Positions 43,801-56,500 of a DNA stretch of 64,000 nt are shown piece after piece. The first letter of the stretch is position 1; each line of letters opens with the position of its first letter. Under the pieces are notes generated by a model that made no database searches, was not told where the DNA came from, and saw nothing but the letters and a program-made list of their open reading frames with translations. A program made the position numbers and the translations under genes. The stretch is taken from positions 23,814,401 to 23,878,400 of the forward strand of contig CM120641.1 in assembly GCA_051362555.1 (NCBI GenBank). The letters are read 5' to 3'. The DNA comes from Lingula anatina. Lineage: Eukaryota > Animalia > Brachiopoda.

Positions 43801-45340
43801 AATTGAAGAAAACTGCCATATCCGGACCTTACAAAAATCACTCAAAATCACCCAAAAATGACCCGTCACCAATTTTTCCAAAAAGTGATGAAAATCAATT
43901 TACCACACCTATCATTCATAAAAAATGTGGAAACGAGCCCGGATCACTTCATTAAAGCCCCCAATTTCAGCTTTAAAGATTGCCAGAAAGCACACCTGAG
44001 AACAGGATTTGGAGAGGGGGGGGGGTGGAGAGAGTTTTTGCTCTATTTCTTCCTTAATAAAGATACAACCACTCTTTCAGTACTTTACCCTCACTACAAA
44101 TGACCAAACACACCTACCTGACACAATATTGAAGAAAAAAATTTTCATCCCTACCTGGCCAAAATTGAAGAAAACTGCCTTACAAAAATCACTCAAAATC
44201 ACCCAAAAATGACCCGTCACCAATTTTTCCAAAAAGTGATGAAAATCAATTTACCACACCTATCATTCATAAAAAATGTGGAAACGCACCCGGATCACTT
44301 CATTAAAGCCCCCAATTTCAGCTTTAAAGATTGCCAGAAAGCACACCTGAGAACAGGATTTGGAGAGTGGGGGGGTGGAGAGAGTTTTTGCTCTATTTCT
44401 TCCTTACTAATGATACAACCACTCTTTCAGTACTTTACCCTCACTACAAATGACCAAACACACCTACCTGACACAATATTGAAGAAAAAAAATTTTCATC
44501 CCTACCTGGCCAAAATTGAAGAAAACTGCCATATCCGGACCTTACGAAAATCACTCAAATTCAACCAAAAATGACCCGTCACCAATTTTTCCAAAAAGTG
44601 ATGAAAATCAATTTACCACACCTATCATTCATAAAAAATGTGGAAACGCGCCCAGATCACTTCATTAAAGCCCCCAATTTCAGCTTTAAAGATTGCCAGA
44701 AAGCACACCTGAGAACAGGATTTGGAGAGTGGGGGGGTGGAGAGAGTTTTTGCTCTATTTCTTCCTTACTAATGATACAACCACTCTTTCAGTACTTTAC
44801 CCTCACTACAAATGACCAAACACACCTACCTGACACAATATTGAAGAAAAACATTTTTCATCCCTACCTGGCCAAAATTGAAGAAAACTGCCTTACAAAA
44901 ATCACTCAAAATCACCCAAAAATGACCCGTCACCAATTTTTCCAAAAAGTGATGAAAATCAATTTACCACACCTATCATTCATAAAAAATGTGGAAACGC
45001 ACCCGGATCACTTCATTAAAGCCCCCAATTTCAGCTTTAAAGATTGCCAGAAAGCACACCTGAGAACAGGATTTGGAGAGTGGGGGGGTGGAGAGAGTTT
45101 TTGCTCTATTTCTTCCTTACTAATGATACAACCACTCTTTCAGTACTTTACCCTCACTACAAATGACCAAACACACCTACCTGACACAATATTGAAGAAA
45201 AAAAATTTTCATCCCTACCTGGCCAAAATTGAAGAAAACTGCCATATCCGGACCTTACGAAAATCACTCAAATTCAACCAAAAATGACCCGTCACCAATT
45301 TTTCCAAAAAGTGATGAAAATCAATTTACCACACCTATCA
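34849..45340 (+). repeat. 15-monomer tandem block duplication (period ~5398-5400 bp)
   Basis: Private markers 'aataacccgt', 'gaagcgtgc' and 'aaatagaag' occur in monomers 35210 and 40608. Starts 35933/37021/38458/39172 match 41332/42420/43858/44571. Confidence 0.88.
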
Positions 45341-47094
45341 TTCATATAAAATGTGGAAACGCGCCCGGATCACTTCATTAAAGCCCCCAATTTCAGCTTT
45401 AAAGATTGCCAGAAAGCACACCTGAGAACAGGATTTGGAGAGGGGGGGGGTGGAGAGAGTTTTTGCTCTATTTCTTCCTTAATAAAGATAAAACCACTCT
45501 TTCAGTACTTTACCCTCACTACAAATGACCAAACACACCTACCTGACACAATATTGAAGAAAAAAAATTTTCATCCCTACCTGGCCAAAATTGAAGAAAA
45601 CTGCCATATCCGGACCTTACAAAAATCACTCAAAATCACCCAAAAATGACCCGTCACCAATTTTTCCAAAAAGTGATGAAAATCAATTTACCACACCTAT
45701 CATTCATAAAAAATGTGGAAACGCACCCGGATCACTTCATTAAAGCCCCCAATTTCAGCTTTAAAGATTGCCAGAAAGCACACCTGAGAACAGGATTTGG
45801 AGAGTGGGGGGGTGGAGAGAGTTTTTGCTCTATTTCTTCCTTACTAATGATACAACCACTCTTTCAGTACTTTACCCTCACTACAAATGACCAAACACAC
45901 CTACCTGACACAATATTGAAGAAAAAAAAATTTCATCCCTACCTGGCCAAAATTGAAGAAAACTGCCATATCCGGACCTTACGAAAATCACTCAAATTCA
46001 CCCAAAAATGACCCGTCACCAATTTTTCCAAAAAGTTATGAAAATCAATTTACCACACCTATCATTCATAAAAAATGTGGAAACGCGCCCGGATCACTAC
46101 ATTAAAGCCCCCAATTTCAGCTTTAAAGATTGCAAGAAAGCACACCTGAGAACAGGATTTGGAGAGGGGGGGTGGAGAGAGTTTTTGCTCTATTTCTTCC
46201 TTAATAATGATACAACCACTCTTTCAGTACTTTACCCTCACTACAAATGACCAAACACACCTACCTGACACAATATTGAAGAAAAAAAAATTTTCATCCC
46301 TACCTGGCCAAAATTGAAGAAAACTGCCATATCCGGACCTTACGAAAATCACTCAAAATCACCCAAAAATGACCCGTCACCAATTTTTCCAAAAAGTGAT
46401 GAAAATCAATTTACCACACCTATCATTCATAAAAAATGTGGAAACGTGCCCAGATAACTTCATTAAAGCCCCCAATTTCAGCTTTAAAGATTGCCAGAAA
46501 GCACACCTGAGAACAGGATTTGGAGAGGGGGGGGGGGTGGAGAAAGATTTTGCTCTATTTCTTCCTTAATAATGATACAACCACTCTTTCAGTACCTTAC
46601 CCTCACTACAAATGACCAAACACACCTACCTGACACAATATTGAAGAAAAAAAATTTTCATCCCTACCTGGCCAAAATTGAAGAAAACTGCCAAACCCGG
46701 ACCTTACGAAAATCACTCAAAATCACCCAAAAATGACCCGTCACAAATTTTTCCAAAAAGTTATGAAAATCAATTAACCACACCTATCATTCATAAAAAA
46801 TGTGGAAACGCGCCCGGATCACTACATTAAAGCCCCCAATTTCAGCTTTAAAGATTGCCAGAAAGCACACCTGAGAACAGGATTTGGAGAGTGGGGGGGT
46901 GGAGAGAGTTTTTGCTCTATTTCTTCCTTACTAATGATACAACCACTCTTTCAGTACTTTACCCTCACTACAAATAACCAAACACACCTACCTGACACAA
47001 TATTGAAGAAAAAAAATTTTCATCCCTACCTGGCCAAAATTGAAGAAAACTGCCATATCCGGACCATACGAAAATCACTCAAATTCAACCAAAA

Positions 47095-50000
47095 ATGACC
47101 CGTCACCAATTTTTCCAAAAAGTGATGAAAATCAATTTACCACACCTATCATTCATAAAAAATGTGGAAACGCGCCCGGATCACTACATTAAAGCCCCCA
47201 ATTTCAGCTTTAAAGATTGCAAAAAAGCACACCTGAGAACAGGATTTGGAGAGGTGGGGGTGGAGAGAGTTTTTGCTCTATTTCTTCCTTAATAATGATA
47301 CAACCACTCTTTCAGTACTTTACCCTCACTACAAATGACCAAACACACCTACCTGACACAATATTGAAGAAAAAAAATTTTCATCCCTACCTGGCCAAAA
47401 TTGAAGAAAACTGCCATATCCGGACCTTACGAAAATCACTCAAAATCAACCAAAAATGACCCGTCACCAATTTTTCCAAAAAGTGATGAAAATCAATTTA
47501 CCACACCTATCATTCATAAAAAATGTGGAAACGTGCCCAGATAACTTCATTAAAGCCCCCAATTTCAGCTTTAAAGATTGCAAGAAAGCACACCTGAGAA
47601 CAGGATTTGGAGAGGGGGGGGTGGAGAGAGTTTTTGCTCTATTTCTTCCTTAATAATGATACAACCACTCTTTCAGTACTTTACCCTCACTACAAATGAC
47701 CAAACACACCTACCTGACACAATATTAAAGAAAAAAAATTTTCATCCCTACCTGGCCAAAATTGAAGAAAACTGCCATATCCGGACCTTACAAAAATCAC
47801 TCAAAATCACCCAAAAATGACCCGTCACCAATTTTTCCAAAAAGTGATGAAAATCAATTTACCACACCTATCATTCATAAAAAATGTGGAAACGAGCCCG
47901 GATCACTTCATTAAAGCCCCCAATTTCAGCTTTAAAGATTGCCAGAAAGCACACCTGAGAACAGGATTTGGAGAGGGGGGGGGTGGAGAGAGTTTTTGCT
48001 CTATTTCTTCCTTAATAAAGATACAACCACTCTTTCAGTACTTTACCCTCACTACAAATGACCAAACACACCTACCTGACACAATATTGAAGAAAAAAAA
48101 TTTTCATCCCTACCTGGCCAAAATTGAAGAAAACTGCCTTACAAAAATCACTCAAAATCACCCAAAAATGACCCGTCACCAATTTTTCCAAAAAGTGATG
48201 AAAATCAATTTACCACACCTATCATTCATAAAAAATGTGGAAACGCACCCGGATCACTTCATTAAAGCCCCCAATTTCAGCTTTAAAGATTGCCAGAAAG
48301 CACACCTGAGAACAGGATTTGGAGAGTGGGGGGGTGGAGAGAGTTTTTGCTCTATTTCTTCCTTAATAAAGATACAACCACTCTTTCAGTACTTTACCCT
48401 CACTACAAATAACCAAACACACCTACCTGACACAATATTGAAGAAAAAAAATTTTCATCCCTACCTGGCCAAAATTGAAGAAAACTGCCATATCCGGACC
48501 TTACGAAAATCACTCAAATTCAACCAAAAATGACCCGTCACCAATTTTTCCAAAAAGTGATGAAAATCAATTTACCACACCTATCATTCATAAAAAATGT
48601 GGAAACGCGCCCGGATCACTACATTAAAGCCCCCAATTTCAGCTTTAAAGATTGCAAAAAAGCACACCTGAGAACAGGATTTGGAGAGGTGGGGGTGGAG
48701 AGAGTTTTTGCTCTATTTCTTCCTTAATAATGATACAACCACTCTTTCAGTACTTTACCCTCACTACAAATGACCAAACACACCTACCTGACACAATATT
48801 GAAGAAAAAAAATTTTCATCCCTACCTGGCCAAAATTGAAGAAAACTGCCATATCCGGACCTTACGAAAATCACTCAAAATCAACCAAAAATGACCCGTC
48901 ACCAATTTTTCCAAAAAGTGATGAAAATCAATTTACCACACCTATCATTCATAAAAAATGTGGAAACGTGCCCAGATAACTTCATTAAAGCCCCCAATTT
49001 CAGCTTTAAAGATTGCAAGAAAGCACACCTGAGAACAGGATTTGGAGAGGGGGGGGTGGAGAGAGTTTTTGCTCTATTTCTTCCTTAATAATGATACAAC
49101 CACTCTTTCAGTACTTTACCCTCACTACAAATGACCAAACACACCTACCTGACACAATATTAAAGAAAAAAAATTTTCATCCCTACCTGGCCAAAATTGA
49201 AGAAAACTGCCATATCCGGACCTTACAAAAATCACTCAAAATCACCCAAAAATGACCCGTCACCAATTTTTCCAAAAAGTGATGAAAATCAATTTACCAC
49301 ACCTATCATTCATAAAAAATGTGGAAACGAGCCCGGATCACTTCATTAAAGCCCCCAATTTCAGCTTTAAAGATTGCCAGAAAGCACACCTGAGAACAGG
49401 ATTTGGAGAGGGGGGGGGTGGAGAGAGTTTTTGCTCTATTTCTTCCTTAATAAAGATACAACCACTCTTTCAGTACTTTACCCTCACTACAAATGACCAA
49501 ACACACCTACCTGACACAATATTGAAGAAAAAAAATTTTCATCCCTACCTGGCCAAAATTGAAGAAAACTGCCTTACAAAAATCACTCAAAATCACCCAA
49601 AAATGACCCGTCACCAATTTTTCCAAAAAGTGATGAAAATCAATTTACCACACCTATCATTCATAAAAAATGTGGAAACGCACCCGGATCACTTCATTAA
49701 AGCCCCCAATTTCAGCTTTAAAGATTGCCAGAAAGCACACCTGAGAACAGGATTTGGAGAGTGGGGGGGTGGAGAGAGTTTTTGCTCTATTTCTTCCTTA
49801 CTAATGATACAACCACTCTTTCAGTACTTTACCCTCACTACAAATAACCAAACACACCTACCTGACACAATATTGAAGAAAAAAAATTTTCATCCCTACC
49901 TGGCCAAAATTGAAGAAAACTGCCATATCCGGACCTTACGAAAATCACTCAAATTCAACCAAAAATGACCCGTCACCAATTTTTCCAAAAAGTGATGAAA

Positions 50001-51401
50001 ATCAATTTACCACACCTATCATTCATAAAAAATGTGGAAACGCGCCCGGATCACTACATTAAAGCCCCCAATTTCAGCTTTAAAGATTGCAAAAAAGCAC
50101 ACCTGAGAACAGGATTTGGAGAGGTGGGGGTGGAGAGAGTTTTTGCTCTATTTCTTCCTTAATAATGATACAACCACTCTTTCAGTACTTTACCCTCACT
50201 ACAAATGACCAAACACACCTACCTGACACAATATTGAAGAAAAAAAATTTTCATCCCTACCTGGCCAAAATTGAAGAAAACTGCCATATCCGGACCTTAC
50301 GAAAATCACTCAAAATCAACCAAAAATGACCCGTCACCAATTTTTCCAAAAAGTGATGAAAATCAATTTACCACACCTATCATTCATAAAAAATGTGGAA
50401 ACGTGCCCAGATAACTTCATTAAAGCCCCCAATTTCAGCTTTAAAGATTGCAAGAAAGCACACCTGAGAACAGGATTTGGAGAGGGGGGGGGTGGAGAGA
50501 GTTTTTGCTCTATTTCTTCCTTAATAATGATACAACCACTCTTTCAGTACTTTACCCTCACTACAAATGACCAAACACACCTACCTGACACAATATTAAA
50601 GAAAAAAAATTTTCATCCCTACCTGGCCAAAATTGAAGAAAACTGCCATATCCGGACCTTACAAAAATCACTCAAAATCACCCAAAAATGACCCGTCACC
50701 AATTTTTCCAAAAAGTGATGAAAATCAATTTACCACACCTATCATTCATAAAAAATGTGGAAACGAGCCCGGATCACTTCATTAAAGCCCCCAATTTCAG
50801 CTTTAAAGATTGCCAGAAAGCACACCTGAGAACAGGATTTGGAGAGGGGGGGGGGTGGAGAGAGTTTTTGCTCTATTTCTTCCTTAATAAAGATACAACC
50901 ACTCTTTCAGTACTTTACCCTCACTACAAATGACCAAACACACCTACCTGACACAATATTGAAGAAAAAAAATTTTCATCCCTACCTGGCCAAAATTGAA
51001 GAAAACTGCCTTACAAAAATCACTCAAAATCACCCAAAAATGACCCGTCACCAATTTTTCCAAAAAGTGATGAAAATCAATTTACCACACCTATCATTCA
51101 TAAAAAATGTGGAAACGCACCCGGATCACTTCATTAAAGCCCCCAATTTCAGCTTTAAAGATTGCCAGAAAGCACACCTGAGAACAGGATTTGGAGAGTG
51201 GGGGGGTGGAGAGAGTTTTTGCTCTATTTCTTCCTTACTAATGATACAACCACTCTTTCAGTACTTTACCCTCACTACAAATGACCAAACACACCTACCT
51301 GACACAATATTGAAGAAAAAAAATTTTCATCCCTACCTGGCCAAAATTGAAGAAAACTGCCATATCCGGACCTTACGAAAATCACTCAAATTCAACCAAA
51401 A
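47095..51401 (+). repeat. 4-monomer higher-order repeat, 3 tandem copies (period 1435-1437 bp)
   Basis: The 'gaggtggggg' monomer starts at 47095, 48530 and 49965. Each is followed by a tgc/cca/aatattaaag monomer, an agc deletion monomer and a cac monomer. Confidence 0.9.
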
Positions 51402-53571
51402 ATGACCCGTCACCAATTTTTCCAAAAAGTGATGAAAATCAATTTACCACACCTATCATTCATAAAAAATGTGGAAACGCGCCCAGATCACTTCATTAAA
51501 GCCCCCAATTTCAGCTTTAAAGATTGCCAGAAAGCACACCTGAGAACAGGATTTGGAGAGTGGGGGGGTGGAGAGAGTTTTTGCTCTATTTCTTCCTTAC
51601 TAATGATACAACCACTCTTTCAGTACTTTACCCTCACTACAAATGACCAAACACACCTACCTGACACAATATTGAAGAAAAACATTTTTCATCCCTACCT
51701 GGCCAAAATTGAAGAAAACTGCCATATCCGGACCTTACGAAAATCACTCAAAATCACCCAAAAATGACCCGTCACAAATTTTTCCAAAAAGTTATGAAAA
51801 TCAATTTACCACACCTATCATTCATATAAAATGTGGAAACGCGCCCGGATCACTTCATTAAAGCCCCCAATTTCAGCTTTAAAGATTGCCAGAAAGCACA
51901 CCTGAGAACAGGATTTGGAGAGGGGGGGGGGGTGGAGAGAGTTTTTGCTCTATTTCTTCCTTAATAAAGATAAAACCACTCTTTCAGTACTTTACCCTCA
52001 CTACAAATGACCAAACACACCTACCTGACACAATATTGAAGAAAAAAAATTTTCATCCCTACCTGGCCAAAATTGAAGAAAACTGCCATATCCGGACCTT
52101 ACAAAAATCACTCAAAATCACCCAAAAATGACCCGTCACCAATTTTTCCAAAAAGTGATGAAAATCAATTTACCACACCTATCATTCATAAAAAATGTGG
52201 AAACGCACCCGGATCACTTCATTAAAGCCCCCAATTTCAGCTTTAAAGATTGCCAGAAAGCACACCTGAGAACAGGATTTGGAGAGTGGGGGGTGGAGAG
52301 AGTTTTTGCTCTATTTCTTCCTTACTAATGATACAACCACTCTTTCAGTACTTTACCCTCACTACAAATGACCAAACACACCTACCTGACACAATATTGA
52401 AGAAAAAAAATTTTCATCCCTACCTGGCCAAAATTGAAGAAAACTGCCATATCCGGACCTTACGAAAATCACTCAAATTCAACCAAAAATGACCCGTCAC
52501 CAATTTTTCCAAAAAGTGATGAAAATCAATTTACCACACCTATCATTCATAAAAAATGTGGAAACGCGCCCGGATCACTACATTAAAGCCCCCAATTTCA
52601 GCTTTAAAGATTGCAAGAAAGCACACCTGAGAACAGGATTTGGAGAGGGGGGGTGGAGAGAGTTTTTGCTCTATTTCTTCCTTAATAATGATACAACCAC
52701 TCTTTCAGTACTTTACCCTCACTACAAATGACCAAACACACCTACCTGACACAATATTGAAGAAAAAAAATTTTCATCCCTACCTGGCCAAAATTGAAGA
52801 AAACTGCCATATCCGGACCTTACGAAAATCACTCAAAATCACCCAAAAATGACCCGTCACCAATTTTTCCAAAAAGTGATGAAAATCAATTTACCACACC
52901 TATCATTCATAAAAAATGTGGAAACGTGCCCAGATAACTTCATTAAAGCCCCCAATTTCAGCTTTAAAGATTGCCAGAAAGTACACCTGAGAACAGGATT
53001 TGGAGAGGGGGGGGGTGGAGAAAGATTTTGCTCTATTTCTTCCTTAATAATGATACAACCACTCTTTCAGTACCTTACCCTCACTACAAATGACCAAACA
53101 CACCTACCTGACACAATATTGAAGAAAAAAAATTTTCATCCCTACCTGGCCAAAATTGAAGAAAACTGCCAAACCCGAACCTTACGAAAATCACTCAAAA
53201 TCACCCAAAAATGACCCGTCACAAATTTTTCCAAAAAGTGATGAAAATCAATTTACCACACCTATCATTCATAAAAAATGTGGAAACGCGCCCGGATCAC
53301 TACATTAAAGCCCCCAATTTCAGCTTTAAAGATTGCAAGAAAGCACACCTGAGAACAGGATTTGGAGAGGGGGGGGTGGAGAGAGTTTTTGCTCTATTTC
53401 TTCCTTAATAATGATACAACCACTCTTTCAGTACTTTACCCTCACTACAAATGACCAAACACACCTACCTGACACAATATTGAAGAAAAAAAATTTTCAT
53501 CCCTACCTGGCCAAAATTGAAGAAAACTGCCATATCCGGACCTTACGAAAATCACTCAAAATCAACCAAAA

Positions 53572-56500
53572 ATGACCCGTCACCAATTTTTCCAAAAAGT
53601 GATGAAAATCAATTTACCACACCTATCATTCATAAAAAATGTGGAAACGCGCCCGGATCACTTCATTAAAGCCCCCAATTTCAGCTTTAAAGATTGCCAG
53701 AAAGCACACCTGAGAACAGGATTTGGAGAGTGGGGGGGTGGAGAGAGTTTTTGCTCTATTTCTTCCTTACTAATGATACAACCACTCTTTCAGTACTTTA
53801 CCCTCACTACAAATGACCAAACACACCTACCTGACACAATATTGAAGAAAAAAATTTTTCATCCCTACCTGGCCAAAATTGAAGAAAACTGCCATATCCG
53901 GACCTTACGAAAATCACTCAAATTCACCCAAAAATGACCCGTCACCAATTTTTCCAAAAAGTGATGAAAATCAATTTACCACACCTATCATTCATAAAAA
54001 ATGTGGAAACGCGCCCGGATCACTACATTAAAGCCCCCAATTTCAGCTTTAAAGATTGCAAGAAAGCACACCTGAGAACAGGATTTGGAGAGGGGGGGGT
54101 GGAGAGAGTTTTTGCTCTATTTCTTCCTTAATAATGATACAACCACTCTTTCAGTACTTTACCCTCACTACAAATGACCAAACACACCTACCTGACACAA
54201 TATTGAAGAAAAAAAAATTTCATCCCTACCTGGCCAAAATTGAAGAAAACTGCCATATCCGGACCTTACGAAAATCACTCAAAATCACCCAAAAATGACC
54301 CGTCACAAATTTTTCCAAAAAGTGATGAAAATCAATTTACCACACCTATCATTCATAAAAAATGTGGAAACGCGCCCAGATCACTTCATTAAAGCCCCCA
54401 ATTTCAGCTTTAAAGATTGCCAGAAAGCACACCTGAGAACAGGATTTGGAGAGTGGGGGGGTGGAGAGAGTTTTTGCTCTATTTCTTCCTTACTAATGAT
54501 ACAACCACTCTTTCAGTACTTTACCCTCACTACAAATGACCAAACACACCTACCTGACACAATATTGAAGAAAAAACATTTTTCATCCCTACCTGGCCAA
54601 AATTGAAGAAAACTGCCATATCCGGACCTTACGAAAATCACTCAAAATCACCCAAAAATGACCCGTCACAAATTTTTCCAAAAAGTTATGAAAATCAATT
54701 TACCACACCTATCATTCATAAAAAATGTGGAAACGCGCCCGGATCACTTCATTAAAGCCCCCAATTTCAGCTTTAAAGATTGCCAGAAAGCACACCTGAG
54801 AACAGGATTAGGAGAGGGGGGGGGGGGTGGAGAGAGTTTTTGCTCTATTTCTTCCTTAATAAAGATACAACCACTATTTCAGTACTTTACCCTCACTACA
54901 AATGACCAAACACACCTACCTGACACAATATTGAAGAAAAAAAATTTTCATCCCTACCTGGCCAAAATTGAAGAAAACTGCCATATCCGGACCTTACAAA
55001 AATCACTCAAAATCACCCAAAAATGACCCATCACCAATTTTTCCAAAAAGTGATGAAAATCAATTTACCACACCTATCATTCATAAAAAATGTGGAAACG
55101 CACCCTTATCACTTCATTAAAGCCCCCAATTTCAGCTTTAAAGATTGCCAGAAAGCACACCTGAGAACAGGATTTGGAGAGTGGGGGGGTGGAGAGAGTT
55201 TTTGCTCTATTTCTTCCTTACTAATGATACAACCACTCTTTCAGTACTTTACCCTCACTACAAATGACCAAACACACCTACCTGACACAATATTGAAGAA
55301 AAAAAATTTTCATCCCTACCTGGCCAAAATTGAAGAAAACTGCCATATCCGGACCTTACGAAAATCACTCAAATTCACCCAAAAATGACCCGTCACCAAT
55401 TTTTCCAAAAAGTGATGAAAATCAATTTACCACACCTATCATTCATAAAAAATGTGGAAACGCGCCCGGATCACTACATTAAAGCCCCCAATTTCAGCTT
55501 TAAAGATTGCAAGAAAGCACACCTGAGAACAGGATTTGGAGAGGGGGGGTGGAGAGAGTTTTTGCTCTATTTCTTCCTTAATAATGATACAACCACTCTT
55601 TCAGTACTTTACCCTCACTACAAATGACCAAACACACCTACCTGACACAATATTGAAGAAAAAAATTTTTCATCCCTACCTGGCCAAAATTGAAGAAAAC
55701 TGCCATATCCGGACCTTACGAAAATCACTCAAATTCACCCAAAAATGACCCGTCACCAATTTTTCCAAAAAGTGATGAAAATCAATTTACCACACCTATC
55801 ATTCATAAAAAATGTGGAAACGCGCCCGGATCACTACATTAAAGCCCCCAATTTCAGCTTTAAAGATTGCAAGAAAGCACACCTGAGAACAGGATTTGGA
55901 GAGGGGGGGGGTGGAGAGAGTTTTTGCTCTATTTCTTCCTTAATAATGATACAACCACTCTTTCAGTACTTTACCCTCACTACAAATGACCAAACACACC
56001 TACCTGACACAATATTGAAGAAAAAAAAATTTCATCCCTACCTGGCCAAAATTGAAGAAAACTGCCATATCCGGACCTTACGAAAATCACTCAAAATCAC
56101 CCAAAAATGACCCGTCACAAATTTTTCCAAAAAGTGATGAAAATCAATTTACCACACCTATCATTCATAAAAAATGTGGAAACGCGCCCAGATCACTTCA
56201 TTAAAGCCCCCAATTTCAGCTTTAAAGATTGCCAGAAAGCACACCTGAGAACAGGATTTGGAGAGTGGGGGGGTGGAGAGAGTTTTTGCTCTATTTCTTC
56301 CTTACTAATGATACAACCACTCTTTCAGTACTTTACCCTCACTACAAATGACCAAACACACCTACCTGACACAATATTGAAGAAAAACATTTTTCATCCC
56401 TACCTGGCCAAAATTGAAGAAAACTGCCATATCCGGACCTTACGAAAATCACTCAAAATCACCCAAAAATGACCCGTCACAAATTTTTCCAAAAAGTTAT

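Noticed and set aside
34849-45340. Large block duplications as pure assembly artefacts
   Set aside because: Copies carry private substitutions (e.g. 'gagaatagg' ~43641, 'tattttttcc' ~10436, and tta/taa differing between monomers 35572 and 40971). Real duplication is more likely, though read-level confirmation is still needed.
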